Below are positions 47,253-59,474 of a DNA stretch of 64,000 nucleotides, one piece after another. The DNA comes from Squalus acanthias (taxonomy: Eukaryota): assembly GCA_030390025.1 (NCBI GenBank), contig CM059432.1, positions 117,740,001-117,804,000 on the forward strand, read 5' to 3'. The position numbers and the translations under genes were made by a program. Positions within the stretch are counted from its first letter, which is position 1, and each line of letters opens with the position of its first letter. The notes beneath the pieces are model-generated. The model saw only the letters and a list, made by a program, of their open reading frames with translations. It did not search any database and was not told where the DNA came from.

Positions 47253-48059
47253 GGGGGAAAAATTGGGTATCGCCCATACTGGGGCGCGAATATTGGCCGG
47301 GCGCAAAGTTTAGCACCCGGTGCTAATTATCGCCTCCGACTGCAAAATTCGCCTCTATCGCCCCGGAGGTGATTTGAGCGCTAAATCAGGCGCTACACAC
47401 CTGCCTTAAGGCGCAAACATCAGGGAGTGAGGAGTTACCTCAGAACGCTACTGAAGCTCAGGTGATGCCAGTTAACATGGAAGCCAGACAGACTAGCGCC
47501 ATCCAGTTCTTAAAGGGGAGGGGCCATCTTGCTGGCCAGCCACTCCCTGCTCATTGCAGCTTTGAATCTCGGCCTGGAGAAACCTCTAAAGCAATTGTGT
47601 TGGAACCACTAATAGATAGGCCCAGGGAAAGAGCTCAGCGCTTAGGAACCTCAAAAGTGGCGCTGAGGGCGTTAAATCTCTCTCCAGACATCTCTCTCCC
47701 TCTCAACCTGTGTGTACCAAAAATGTTGCCGACAAGAAAAGCAGGAAGCGCCCACCTTTAAATAGCTTCCCTGGCCCCTTCCCGACTTGAAAACGTTCCC
47801 CTCTACCTGTCGTTCCTAGCGGCAGGCGCTAAGGCAGGGGGTGCGACTCAATATCCGGTCCAGGGCGCTACCGGGGCGTTGCACGCTCGACTGACGTCAC
47901 GCTCTGCGGGCGCAGGAGATTGTGGTGGTAGTGTTTAGCACTGCCGCAAAACGACTGGTCAATTTCGCGAGCAGCGCTAAAATCGCCGCGTTTGGGTGCG
48001 AAGTTCCTCGTGCCCCGTTAGTGCTAACAGGAGGCGCTAGCCAACTGAATTTTTCCCCC
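47253..48059. mobile_element. Non-autonomous Harbinger derivative (807 bp), same family as 3227-4107, opposite orientation
   Basis: TIRs GGGGGAAAAATT / AATTTTTCCCCC; TSD CAA; collinear reverse-complement similarity to 3227-4107, including the RPRERAQ Myb start remnant. Confidence 0.9.
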
Positions 48060-48169
48060 CAAGTTCCCACAAACAGTTTATGCCATAGAAGGAACCTATG
48101 TAATGATTCCACTGCCATTAGAAGACACCATGGTTTTTCATAATCAGAAGGCTTAAAAAAAAAACTTCC

Positions 48170-48612
48170 ATCCTGAGGTCACGCCTTTCATGACCTCAGG
48201 ACGCCCCAAAGCACTTTACAGCCAATAAAGTACTTTTTGAAGTGTAGTCACTGTTGTGATGTCAGAAACGCAGCAACACATTTGCACACAGCAAGCTCCC
48301 ACAAACAGCAATTAAATAAATGACCACATCATCTGTTATAGTGATGTTGGTTGAGGGATATATATTGGCCAGGACACCAGGGAGAACTCCCCTGCTCTTC
48401 TTTGAATAGTGCCATGGACTCTTTTACATCCACCCGAAAGGACAGATGGGGCCTCGCTTTAATGTCTCATCCGGAAGACAGCACCCCCAACAGTGCAGCA
48501 CTCTCGTAGCACTGTACTGAAGTGACAGCCGAGATTATCTGCTCAAGTCTCCAGAGTGTGACTTGAATCTGACTCAGAGGTGTGAATGCTTTCTCTGAGC
48601 CAAGGCTGACAC
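48170..48612 (-). mobile_element. DeuSINE-family SINE (further fragments at ~49990-50190 and ~50470-50580)
   Basis: Reverse complement of the Deu domain (GCACACAGCAAGCTCCCACAAACAGC), tRNA-like head near 48612, L2-type tail. Confidence 0.8.
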
Positions 48613-50814
48613 CTTGATATTTAATGATTAGGCAGGCAGTTGCTAATCATAATGATTGTTTCTGGGTTGCATATATTGACTGGGCAAAAACATTACATGA
48701 TGTATGTGTGCTGGCAAATTCATTACATGTAGTGGGTGAAAGTGGAACAGCATTTATCACTCTAGCATTTTGATATGAATGGTGTGCAAGTGGCAATTCA
48801 TATCCTAGGAGATTGTTTTTTATTCATTCTTGGCATCTGGGCATCATTGGCAAGGCCAATATTTATTGTCCATCCCTAGTTGCCCTGAGAAAGTTTGATT
48901 CAATGGTGTGAGCCACTTCAGAGGACAGTGGGACTAGAGTCATGTATAGGCCAGGCCGGGTAGGGACAACAGGTTTCCTTTCCTCGAGAACATTAGCGAG
49001 CCAATTAGCTTTTTATGACAATTTTGTCAATTTTACAGGACACCAGTTTTTTATTACCAGCTTCTTTAAACTGAAGTTAAATTCTCAAATCGCCATGGTA
49101 GGATTTGAACTCATGTTCTCTGGATTATTAGTCTAGGCCTTTGGATTATTAGTCCAGAAACATAAGCACAATGCTACCATGCCCAACATACTCACTGGGC
49201 TGGATTTTCCCGGGTCCCACCCGCACGGCGCGGGGGGACCTGGGAGACGGTGGGAAACCCGGAAGTTCGGGTTTCTCGGCACGCTGTGGAGTTTTATCGC
49301 CCGGAAGTCAGCCTGATTGAGATTATCTGCTCAAGTCTCTGGAGTGGGACTTCAATCTGACTCAGTTGTGCCGGGAATGTGGACAAGGAGGCCACAGGAC
49401 AAGGTAAGTGCTGGGCCCAGGATAGTTGGGAGGGGGTTGGGGAGGTGGGGGTTCCAAGCCGTAGTGGGGGGGGGGGGTGGTGGTCAGATCCCCAAGGGGT
49501 GGGGGGTCCGATCCCTGACCCCGGGGGTGAGTCGCGATCCCCGGGGCTGCAATATTCCTCGTACAGGCTGCTGACGGCACAAATGATTATTGAGCAAGGT
49601 TTTGGCAAGTTTTGTGATATGTGTTGCCGTGTAATGATACAATTGTCGCAGCTGAAACACTCTCTACAATGTAGGTGAGGTACAAGGTGAAATGTTTCTT
49701 TTTTTATTCGTTCCTGGGATGTGGGCGTCGCTGGCATCCCTAGTTGCCCTTGAGAAGATGGTGGTGAGCCGCCTCCTTGAACCGCTGCAGTCCGTGCGGT
49801 GATACTTCTTTGTATCACCACATTGCATCATGGTCGGTGGACAGTCAGATCTGTTAAACAAGAGACTGCGAGGTGTAAACCTGTGGCCTGGAGCTGGAAG
49901 CTAAAATGCAGGAGGTCAGCTTTTGCAGTTAGAAGTTGTTTAGAAAGAAAGGTGATGCCAAAAGAAAGAAAAAAAGCAAGCAAGAAAGAAATTGATTTAG
50001 CACCTTTCATGACCTCAGGATGTCACAAAACACCTCACAGCCAATGAAGTACTTTTGAAGTGTTGTCATGGAGGGAAACATGGCAGCCAGTTTGCGCACA
50101 GCAAGGTCCCACAAACAATAATGAGGTAATTGACCAGATAATCTGTTTTAGTGATGTTGTTAAAAGATAAATGTAGGTCAGGACACTGGATCAGCTCTCC
50201 AACACGTAAATCAGCTCACGATAGGAACATAGTGTAATGTTTTTCGAGGAGAGTCGTCAGTGAATAGAATCTGCTTTGACTGTTATTCCGTACATTCAGT
50301 TGTAAGTAAAGCAGCTTAACTATTCATATCTGGTCTCATCTGATTAAATCTTTCTTAGTCTGCCTTTGGAAAGATTAGGGATGTCACATGAGGACACAAG
50401 CGAAAGACATGATATCCAGTTCGTATCACAAGGGGTCCTTTGTTACACCCCTTGTGTAATTAGAAATTAAAGAAAGAAAGACTTGCATTTCTATAGCACC
50501 TTTCCATGACCTCAGGATGTCCCAAAGCGCTTCACAGCCAATGAAGCACTTTTGAAGTGTGGTCGCTGTTGTAATGTTGTATTGGGCAGTATGGATGCAC
50601 CCTTGACCAAACAAAGCTCAAACCTTATTGGAAATACCCCAAAAGAATGTTTAAGGCAAGATCCAAAACTTGTAAAACCACCAACAGCCGAGTTCAATCC
50701 CATAGAGCAGCAGCACGGGTAGGAGCTGGGAGCAGCGATGATCTCATAGAAAATGAGAGCTGGTTGCAACCAGCAGATTGAATCACTAAGAATAGCCAAG
50801 ACAAGTTGTAAGTG

Positions 50815-51255
50815 TCAGCTGTGACTCAGTGGTAGCACTCTCACCTCTGAGTTATAATGGTTGTGGGTTCGAGTCCCACTCCATGAGACTTGAGCACAAA
50901 ATCTAGGCTGACACTCCAGTGCAGTACTGAGGGAGTGTTGCACTGTTGGTGGTGACATCTTTCGGATGAGACGCTCTACCGAGGCCCCATCTACCCTCTC
51001 AGGTGGACATAAAGATCCTTTTTTGATGATGGGGAGGGGAGTCCTGTCAACATTTATCCTTCAACCAACATCATTAAAAACAGATAATCTGGTCATTATC
51101 ACATTGCTGTTTGTGGGAGCTTGCTGTGCGCAAATTGGCTGTCACGTTTCCTACATTACAACAGTGAATACACTTCAAAAATACTTCATTGGCTGTTAAG
51201 TGGTTTAAGATGTCCTTAGGTTGTGAAAGGTGCTAGATAAGTGCATGTTCCTTCT
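50815..51255 (+). mobile_element. DeuSINE-family SINE, near full length (another 3' half at ~51765-51950)
   Basis: TGACTCAGTGG A-box, GGTTCGAGTCC B-box, Deu domain CTGGTCATTATCACATTGCTGTTTGTGGGAGCTTGCTGTGCGCAAATTGGCTG, tail GTTGTGAAAGGTGCTA. Confidence 0.85.
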
Positions 51256-52550
51256 TTAAGAGAGATGAAGGGAACTAGCGACTGTGAGGGCTGAGAAGAG
51301 AAGGGTGCAGAGGTAAATTGAACATGAAGAGGAGCTGGGTGCTGGCCTTAGCTTATGAGGGACAGGGGAAAAGGGTTTCATTATGAACTGGGTAAGGATG
51401 GGGGAGGAGAGTGCCAGCATCAGCAAAAGGTGATGAAATGAGAAAGGTGCTAACATTAACTGGAGGGTTGAGGAGGGAAAGGATTGCAAGAATTAATCTA
51501 CTTGGGGGGAAAAGGAAAAGAGTGGCAGAGTGAACTGGTGGAGAAGAATGCCTCTGCATCAACCATATAATGACATGCATAGAAACAATTTTAAAACAAT
51601 TTAACAATGTGACTTAGCAACAGAGAGTACAGAGTGGACAATAACCTGCAATTTCTCCACTAAAAGTTAGGAGAAATCCCACAATATTTGCCACAGGCTT
51701 CTGCAGCATAAGTTGGGTATACCCGTCGCTTTAGATAAGGCCAGCTTTTGATTTACTACACTTTCAGATTATCTGGTCATTATCACACTGCTGTTTGTGG
51801 GAGCTTGCTGTGTGCAAATTGACTGCCGCATATCCCACATTACAACAGTGACTACACTCCAAAAGTACTTCATTGACTGTAAAGTGCTTTGAGACGTCCG
51901 GTGGTCGTGAAAGGCGCTATATAAATGCAAGTCTTTCTTTTTTCTTTCTTTCAGTGTACCTACATGTTCTTGAGGTATCTTGGGCTATGTCAGCTTATTT
52001 GAAGCTGAAGGACAGCTTTCTGGGTTGGCATGTAGGACCACACAATGCTGTGCATTGTCACCTGAACAGCTCTGAAAGGACCCTGTGATTTCATGCAACA
52101 ACATATACTTGCTACTACCGTGCACATTTGCTGTGTCGCCAGATATGAATGTTCTCTCTGCCAATTGTTTCTTGCAAGGTACAGTGATGTAGATGCTGGC
52201 AATGAATCTGTGGTATCCACCTCCTGTGACCCACCTTTACCTTCACTGCACGAGACTTTGAACAGCGGGTTCCTCTGGTACCAGAACTGATCCTGGACTA
52301 GCAAAGGTTGCATGAACTACTAAACCATAAGAATATCCTCCAAATACTTGCACCTTTTTCGGGTCATTAACACTTAAGTTATTGCGATATCACAGTCCAT
52401 ATGTAATTTCTTACAAGCAGCTTTATGCAGACACAGCTCTCCTGTTCTACTCTCAGTTTTCCAGCAATCACAATATAAATAAAACTGTTCCTATTGTATC
52501 CAATGGATCATGATAAATAGTGTCCTTGGTCCAACTGGAAAATTGACACT

Positions 52551-52794
52551 GGGGCAGATATTCCTCTTTATAGCCTGAGTGTTAGTCATCAACTGGGTGG
52601 AGCACAAAGAGGAAATTCTGGTGGAGAGGATCTCACCGATAACAGAACCCAGCTGATTTCCCTTCTCTTGAAGTTAATGGAAGGAAAATACAGCAGGTTC
52701 TGTGAGGGCATGCATCCTCCCTGCCAGATTTTCTTTTCTGCACTCTCTGCAGGCGATGCTTAACGGCAAGGCAGTAAAGACAAAAATCTACCCT
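52551..52794. mobile_element. Old palindromic (foldback) MITE with Harbinger-like ends
   Basis: Ends GGGGCAGATATT / AAAATCTACCCT; arms AGAGGAAATTCTGG..CAGAACC.AGCTG.TTTCCCTTC pair with GAAGGAAAA.ACAGC.GGTTCTG..CCAGATTTTCTTT. Confidence 0.6.
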
Positions 52795-54424
52795 ATTGTG
52801 TCTCCACTTTCTTACGTTGCCCTAATGATTCATCTTTGGTCGAAGGGAGAATGGATGCATAATTGGACATGACAGGTGTGAAAGATATATGCCAGGAGAA
52901 AAGAAATGAATAAAATCAATGGAAATAACAATCAGGTGGTTTCAAAAATGAGCAGGTTAACCCACTTTGGCAGTTTACTGCCCAAGTGGTGAGGGTGAAA
53001 ATTTAACCCCATTACATTGGACAGTCTTTGATTCCATTAGCAAGAGATAAAACACAGAAATAGGATGCTGCACAGGCACTTGTGGTTTTTGGTGGGCACG
53101 GAGGTTGCAGGAAGGCTGTGAGAAGGATATAATGCAGAGGAGTTAGAAATTAATTTGTTTAAGTCAAGAAAGGTGACCCACTGATGTTGTTGGAAAGCGT
53201 AGCATATTCATTATTTTTGTATTAATATGTGAAAGCAAGTTGTACTGATTGAACCAAGTGATTCTGATCATAACTGTTTTTATGTCTATTCACTTGCTGT
53301 GAAATAAATCAGCTTAAGAATTTATATCAAGCTTCGTCTCACTAAGTGTTTGCTCAGTATGCCTACGGAGAGACTGAAGAAGTAAACATTTGGAAGACAC
53401 AGATATCAGGTTATACATCCCAAGTCACAATATCGTGCAAATTAATACTGTATAGGGCAATGTGAGTCAACTCCCATAAAAAGAAGACTCTCAGTCCACT
53501 GACAGGAGTGCCTCATGCCACTGAGCCTAAAAAGTTATCTATGGCAGACCTGAATTTGTAACATGCATATATTTCCAAAATTCGCTGAGTCAGGAGCAAA
53601 ACCACAATATAAAAGTGTCTGTGCACACCCTGCAGCACAAAGACTGTTTTCACTCAGTTATTTTCAATTCTGCCAATGTCCACTTATACAAATACATCAT
53701 TTTATATTGAACTAATTTACATCTTGTTTCTGCCATTCAAGTGTGAACTCCACTGAGACGTGGAGAATTCATGCAATGTATCTTGCTTCTGTGCCCTTTA
53801 TGAGAGCCACTAATATTGGGTAACCAGGGATATCAAATATTTATAGCCGCCAAGAGGAATCGATATATTTTGATTGAAGTATAAGCATTGTTTGAGCTGG
53901 ATGCAAGCTAAGCTTTCAACTTTCTTCATGAACAGTTTTAAATGCTAGGGGCTCTGGTAACGTAAAGCACAGCATGGAATATAATAATGATTGTAAAAGG
54001 GCATAATATGATTCAAAATTGAATGCAAATATTCTTTTTCCAGTTTTTGGAATGGTTTACTACCATAATTCCCATAAATATTTGAAATTATTTACTGTCT
54101 TTTGTATCCCAAACATTAAAAAGTATTGAATTATTTATTAGTAAGGCAAAATCACTGTAACTTGCGATATTAGTGAATGAAAAAGATAATTCTCCCTTTT
54201 TCCAGCCTTTTTAATACATAAATTGATTGATGTTATCCGATTAATATTCAATGGTTCTGCTAACATGTTTGTTAGAAGAAGATATCAGGCAGATAACGCA
54301 GTTGGTCTTCATTGAAGAGTATCTAAGGGATCTATTTTAATTGTGGTATAGCCAGTGTGTTATCCGTTTGTTCCATAAAGTCAGATTCTATAGATATAAG
54401 GGCTGATTCCCCCAATTACGTACT

Positions 54425-54568
54425 CCCAGCACAGAGCAGCACTCACAGGGAGTACTGGCTGGGAAATTGTGGGGCTCCAACCATTGATGATCGAGTCATT
54501 TAAATCAGGGCCTGCAGGCCTGCAATTCCCAACCAGTGTTCCCTGTGAGTGCTACTCTGTGCCTGGGG
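54425..54568. repeat. Imperfect hairpin (~50-bp arms), probable MITE remnant
   Basis: CCCAGCACAGAGCAGCACTCACAGGGAGTACTGGCTGGGAAATTG pairs with CAATTCCCAACCAGTGTTCCCTGTGAGTGCTACTCTGTGCCTGGG. Confidence 0.7.
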
Positions 54569-55792
54569 AAATGATCTAATATAGTGCTTGTACAACAATC
54601 TCTCTTTGCTTTTATTCCTTTTTTTGCCCACTAATTGTCAGGCCTTCACTCTTCCTCCCCTCGCTAGGGTACAGTTCCACACATGCCAGTTCAAGAGGCT
54701 TGTGAGCCTCAAAAGCTCCTCTGTAACCTCCCCCTCCCACCACACTGAGGGACTACACTGATATTCTAGTAGATTCAGAGCATCCAATCCCTGGAAAATT
54801 CTGAAATTTCATGTAAGAGTGTGTGATTTCTTTCATTTTTAGGCATATATATGGAAAATTACAATCCATATTCATGTTCTTCATTATATCTTTTTATATT
54901 TCTACTCACACTCACAACCCTTGCATACACCACCTCACACACTTGCAAACCTCTTGCCTATTCCTTCTCCCATGCTTGAACTTCTCTCAGACACTCTCGC
55001 ACTCACATAATCCTCTTGTATATTCTTACCATCCCTTTATCACATTATCTTTCAAACATCTTGTAATCTTTCTCTCACGTACTCGCTCACACATTTCACA
55101 ATACTCCCCTCATGCCCTCTCACACAACTCTCCTTTCTCACAATAGGCACTAGGTCTGCAATCTGAGTAGGCAATGGGCCTAACACCTATTTCAAGAGGG
55201 TGGTCTATACGACTACAGGGCCCCTAACCAATGGTGTATGACATATACCTGGCACAGAGTGACCGCGCACATACCGAACATCATATTGGGCCCTGCAGTG
55301 CCTGGTTTTTGTCTGTCAGAAAATGGGTGATTCGCAATCCACTTTCTAGGCCTGAGGCTTTTATGAAAAAATCCAAATGGAAAACTGATTTCCATTTTGA
55401 ATCATTATGAAGAGAAAACACTCTCCATTTTGAACCAATTTTAAAGTTATATGAAATGATGACAGAAATTTCTGTTTCCACCACAATAACTTCACTCATG
55501 TCATCTGCTAAGGACTGGTAGTGAGGTTGAGTGTGAGCTGCCTATCTGTTTACATGAAGCAGAATGTACATGCATTGAGCAATAAACTGGGATGTGTGAG
55601 GACTTCCTGCTAGCACTGATGCCTTCGTCCATTCTGTTGGCTGCACTGCTGCACGCTGCATTGTGAGTTTTTTCTCAATGAGTTAGGCAGCTCAATAAAC
55701 TGTGCAGGAAATGTGTAGTCAGTATAATTAAAAGGAATGGCTGATTTCAGCTGGGTGCCTTCAAAAAGGACGAACCACACTGTTTGCAACAC

Positions 55793-56203
55793 AGTGGCAT
55801 AGTGGTTAGCACTGGTGCCTCACAGCGCCAGGGACCCGGGTTCGAATCTGACCTCGGGTGACTGTCTGTGTGGAGTTTGCACATTCTCCCCGTGTCTGCG
55901 TGGGTTTCCTCCGGGTGCTCCGGTTTCCTCCCACAGTCCAAAAATGTGCGGGTTAGGTTGATTTGGCTATGATAAATTGACCCTTAGTGTTAGGGGGGGA
56001 TTAAATATGTGGGGTTATGGGGATAGGATGGGATATGTTAGGGGGAATTAAATACGTGGGGTTATGGGGGTAGGGTGGGATATGTGTACTGTGGGGATTA
56101 AAGCAGGGACAGGGTACTGGATTTGGATGATCAGCCATGATCGTATTGAATGGTGGAACAGGCTCGACGGGCCGAATGGCCTACTCCTGCTCCTAGATTC
56201 TAT
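55793..56203 (+). mobile_element. HE1-like V-SINE (tRNA head, V domain, CR1-derived tail)
   Basis: TGGCATAGTGG..GGTTCGAATC head; V domain TGTGTGGAGTTTGCACATTCTCCCCGTGTCTGCGTGGGTTTCCTCCGGGTGCTCCGGTTTCCTCCCACAGTCCAAA; tail GGGCCGAATGGCCTACTCCTGCTCC shared with CR1. Confidence 0.9.
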
Positions 56204-56940
56204 GTTTGTGTCATACTTGAACCTGAACTGAGCTTCCGACCACATATCCGCAGCATAACTAAGACCACCTATTTCCACCTCCGTAACATCGCCCGTCTCC
56301 ACCCTTGCCTCAGCTCATCTGCTGCTGAAACCCTCCTCCACACCTTTGTTACCTCTAGACTTGACTATTCCAACGCGCTCCTGGCTGGCCTCCCACATTC
56401 TACCCTACGTAAACTTGAGGTGATCCAAAACTTGGCTGCTCATGTCCTAGCTCGCACCAAGTCCCGTTCACCCATCTCCCCTGTGCTCGCTGACCTACAT
56501 TCGCTCCCGGTTACGCAGCGCCTCGATTTCAAAATTCTCATCCTTGTTTTCAAAACCCTCCATGGCCTCGCCCCTCCCTATCTCTGTAATCTCCTTCAGC
56601 CCCACAACTCCTCGAGATATCTGCGCTCCTCTAATTCTGCCCTCTTGAGCATCCCTGATTATAATCGCTCAACCACTGGTGGCCGTGCCTTCTGTTGCCT
56701 GGGCCCTAAGCTCTGGAATTCCCTGCCTAAACCTCTCCGCCTCTCTACCTCTTTTTCCTCCTTTAAGACGCTCCTTAAAACCTACCTCTTTGACCAAGCT
56801 TTTAGTCACCTGCCCTAATTTAGCCTTATGTGGCTCAGTGTCAAATTTCTTGTCTTATAACACTCCTGTGAAGAGCCTTGGGACGTTTTACTACGTTAAA
56901 GGTGCTATATAAATATAAGTTGTTGTTGTTATTATTGTTT
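56204..56940 (+). mobile_element. L2 LINE 3' fragment with an open RT C-terminal frame
   Basis: PELSFRPHIRSITKT..TSRLDYSNALLAGLP..FKTLLKTYLFDQAF; (TTG)n tail. Confidence 0.9.
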
Positions 56941-57054
56941 ACCAACAACCGGACAGGAGGAAACCAGCTCAAAAAAATAGAGTCCCCTTTTTCCACTGTT
57001 CTCTCCCCTCTGGGGGAACCCCTGTAAGTGCACATGAAACAAAAAGGGTGCAGA

Positions 57055-58445
57055 GGCCCGGAATTTGTGGTACTGATGACGATGAACTGGCAGCGTTTGC
57101 CGTCATTTCTCCTTTGAAACTGACCGCAGCTTCCGGATGGAGCGCACATGCAGTCTAACGTGGAAATCCTGAAGTTGCGGTCTGTCATTCACTGTGCCAA
57201 CACAGGCTGCTCTGTGCCCCCAGTCACCTCCACCACCCCCCCGCTCCCCGCACCCCCCACCCCTCCCACCCACCCCCCCCCCGCCAACAGAGCCGGCAAT
57301 CAGTGAAATCGCTCAGATCATGGAAACTGACAAAAACCTCAGCTCTCCCACAGTAATTTCGCTGTTAAATATCCCACTAAAATTTAGACCCAAAGGGATG
57401 GAGTTTTAACAGCGCATTTACTGCTAAACGAAGGTTATGGCCCTGAAAAACTAATTTTAATTTTGTAGTGTGTCAAATTTATCCATTTTTATAAAAAATT
57501 AACATTTTTAAGAAACTTTAAAAAAATTTAATTTTTTTCAAAGGTTTGTTCACCATTACTTCAGGTTTGCCTTTTCCCCATGTGAGGGCCCCAATGTTTG
57601 TTTTGCTCTCTCTAACATTTTTAAAAAGTTAGGGGGAAAAGAGGACGCTAATGGGGCGCAAAGCAACTAGCGCCGGGGTGCGGCGCCGCTAATGCCTCCC
57701 GTGAAATTCAGCGGGAGGTTAGCGGCGGCGGTAACCGTTAGCGCCCTGCTCGCGCCCCGGCTGTGATCTTCGGTAGCGTCCCCTGACTTACCGCTAGACG
57801 CTATGTCCGACAGGGTAAGGGGGGCCTACCTGCAGCCGGGGCGGCGCAAATTAAAGGGAAGGTGTCGGGCAGCCATTTTTGTTGCTGGCCGCCTGCCAGC
57901 ACCTGCCCGCTTTACCGTCCCCGGCCTTCTGTGCAGCCTCCCGTGAGTCCAGCACTTCTCTTGAGTGCTGTGCTCTTTTGCCGGCACTTCAATCCCTGGT
58001 GGCCCAGCTGTGCCTCGGGTCGCGCTGCGCTAGGCTCCTCCCCTTTAATAAGGGGAGGAAGGCCTGCAGTACCGCTGCGCGATAAGCCGCAGTGTGTGGT
58101 GCTGCGGCATGTAGCGCCACAATATTCACTCACTTCCAGTAGCGCCCTGCCTCCCTCTTGGGGCGCTACCGGTGAATTTCGTGCGCGGGGGCGCGACCCA
58201 ATTTTTTCCCCTTAGAATCAAAGGAGCTTGTTCACTGTCCTTGAGTATTCTGCTTGGCTGCTTCGGCAGCTTGTTGACCTCACAGCAGCTCTTCGCTGGG
58301 AATCCCCATTGTCTTCCATTGATTTCAATTACACGTCGGATAACCCAAAATTCTCGACACAGGGATTGCGAGATCTTGGTGCAAAACTTACTTCAGGGCC
58401 AGCGGCGATCACCTTTGCTTCACCGCAGACCGTAAATTCCAGGAC
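57055..58445. mobile_element. Probable decayed Harbinger-type MITE hosting a younger one
   Basis: GGCCCGGAATTT / AAATTCCAGGAC imperfect TIRs, AT-rich centre; no matching TSD. Confidence 0.45.
57632..58211. mobile_element. Non-autonomous Harbinger MITE (580 bp)
   Basis: GGGGGAAAA / AATTTTTTCCCC ends; TSD TTA; CGCTAATGGGGCGCAAAGCAACTAGCGC shared with the 3227-4107 family. Confidence 0.8.
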
Positions 58446-58759
58446 ATTGTAATGGAATTCCGCCCCCCCTACCCACCCCCCTTGTAGCTCTACTTTGCAT
58501 CTGAGAAATAGGTGTATCCAGGCAACAAAGCAAAGGAACATTGGCCCCATTGTCTGCAAGGATTTTGCACAGCTCCTGTTAATCTGTGTGCATTCTGTTC
58601 TTTGGAATATTATCCTTTGAGGTAATAACTTAAGTCCCTCCATAATATTATAGCTCAAGTAGTTCTTATTTCCTTTACAGTTTCTCTTACAGCTTGTGGC
58701 TGCAATAACTCTCCTCCTTTGGGTATAAGGTTACTTGCTGCTGCTGCCTCTGTCAAGTA

Positions 58760-59100
58760 TAAGCTTTAATAGATACCAACTATTCCTTTAAATTTGAAAG
58801 TAATTCTTTGAATTCAAGCATGTTCCAAGAAGAGATTAATCTATTTCAGAAAACTCATGGGGAATCTATGTTTCCAGCGCTGGGAGATTAACCTTTTGGC
58901 TGGAAGAAACGCCAAAAATAGCACCTGATAATATTTTTTTAAATGTTCCAAGTTGTCTAATAATTCCAGTTATGAACCTCCTGGGCTATTGTCATCAAAA
59001 CTCTTTTCCAATTTGGCTAGAATTCCTTCTCAGACTCCTGCTGCTGGTGCACAACATCTGGGTACTGCAGCATGTGATTCACAAGTGACCATGAGCTATC
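58760..59100 (-). pseudogene. Ancient L1 (fish-type) ORF2 C-terminal remnant
   Basis: Manual minus-strand translation: YYQVLFLAFLPAKRLISQRWKHRFPMSFLK*INLFLEHA*IQRITFKFKE, which resembles the L1 C-terminal LLAAKxxILxxWK..P....W......EKITY pattern. Confidence 0.55.
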
Positions 59101-59474
59101 ATTTCCAGTTTATTTCGTGAGAACTATATATAAGAAACTCATTTCTAATTAATGCATTGTGTACTTATGAGAGAGTTATTTCCCCGCATTGATTTGTCTG
59201 TGAATTACTCTTCGTATTCCTTCGCTTCCCCTCTCGCCCCCGCCGCTCCCTGCCACCCCACCCACTGCTTGAGCTTTTTGGAGATTTTCTAATTAGCTCT
59301 TCTTTGATGCAGCAACTCAAATGAGGATTTGCTAACTCATGCACATCCTGTAACTTCATGCAATTTGTATTTTTCTCTTTCAGCTCCAGCTCTTTGAAGC
59401 AGATACATTTGTTCTCCTCTTTTTGAATTCTAACCGCCCGAGCTGCACATGAGCTTTTAGTCAGAAGATAACAA

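Noticed and set aside
55793..55860. tRNA gene
   Set aside because: A/B boxes run straight into the V-SINE domain, so it is a SINE head; the same applies to the heads at 8722, 13332 and 50815
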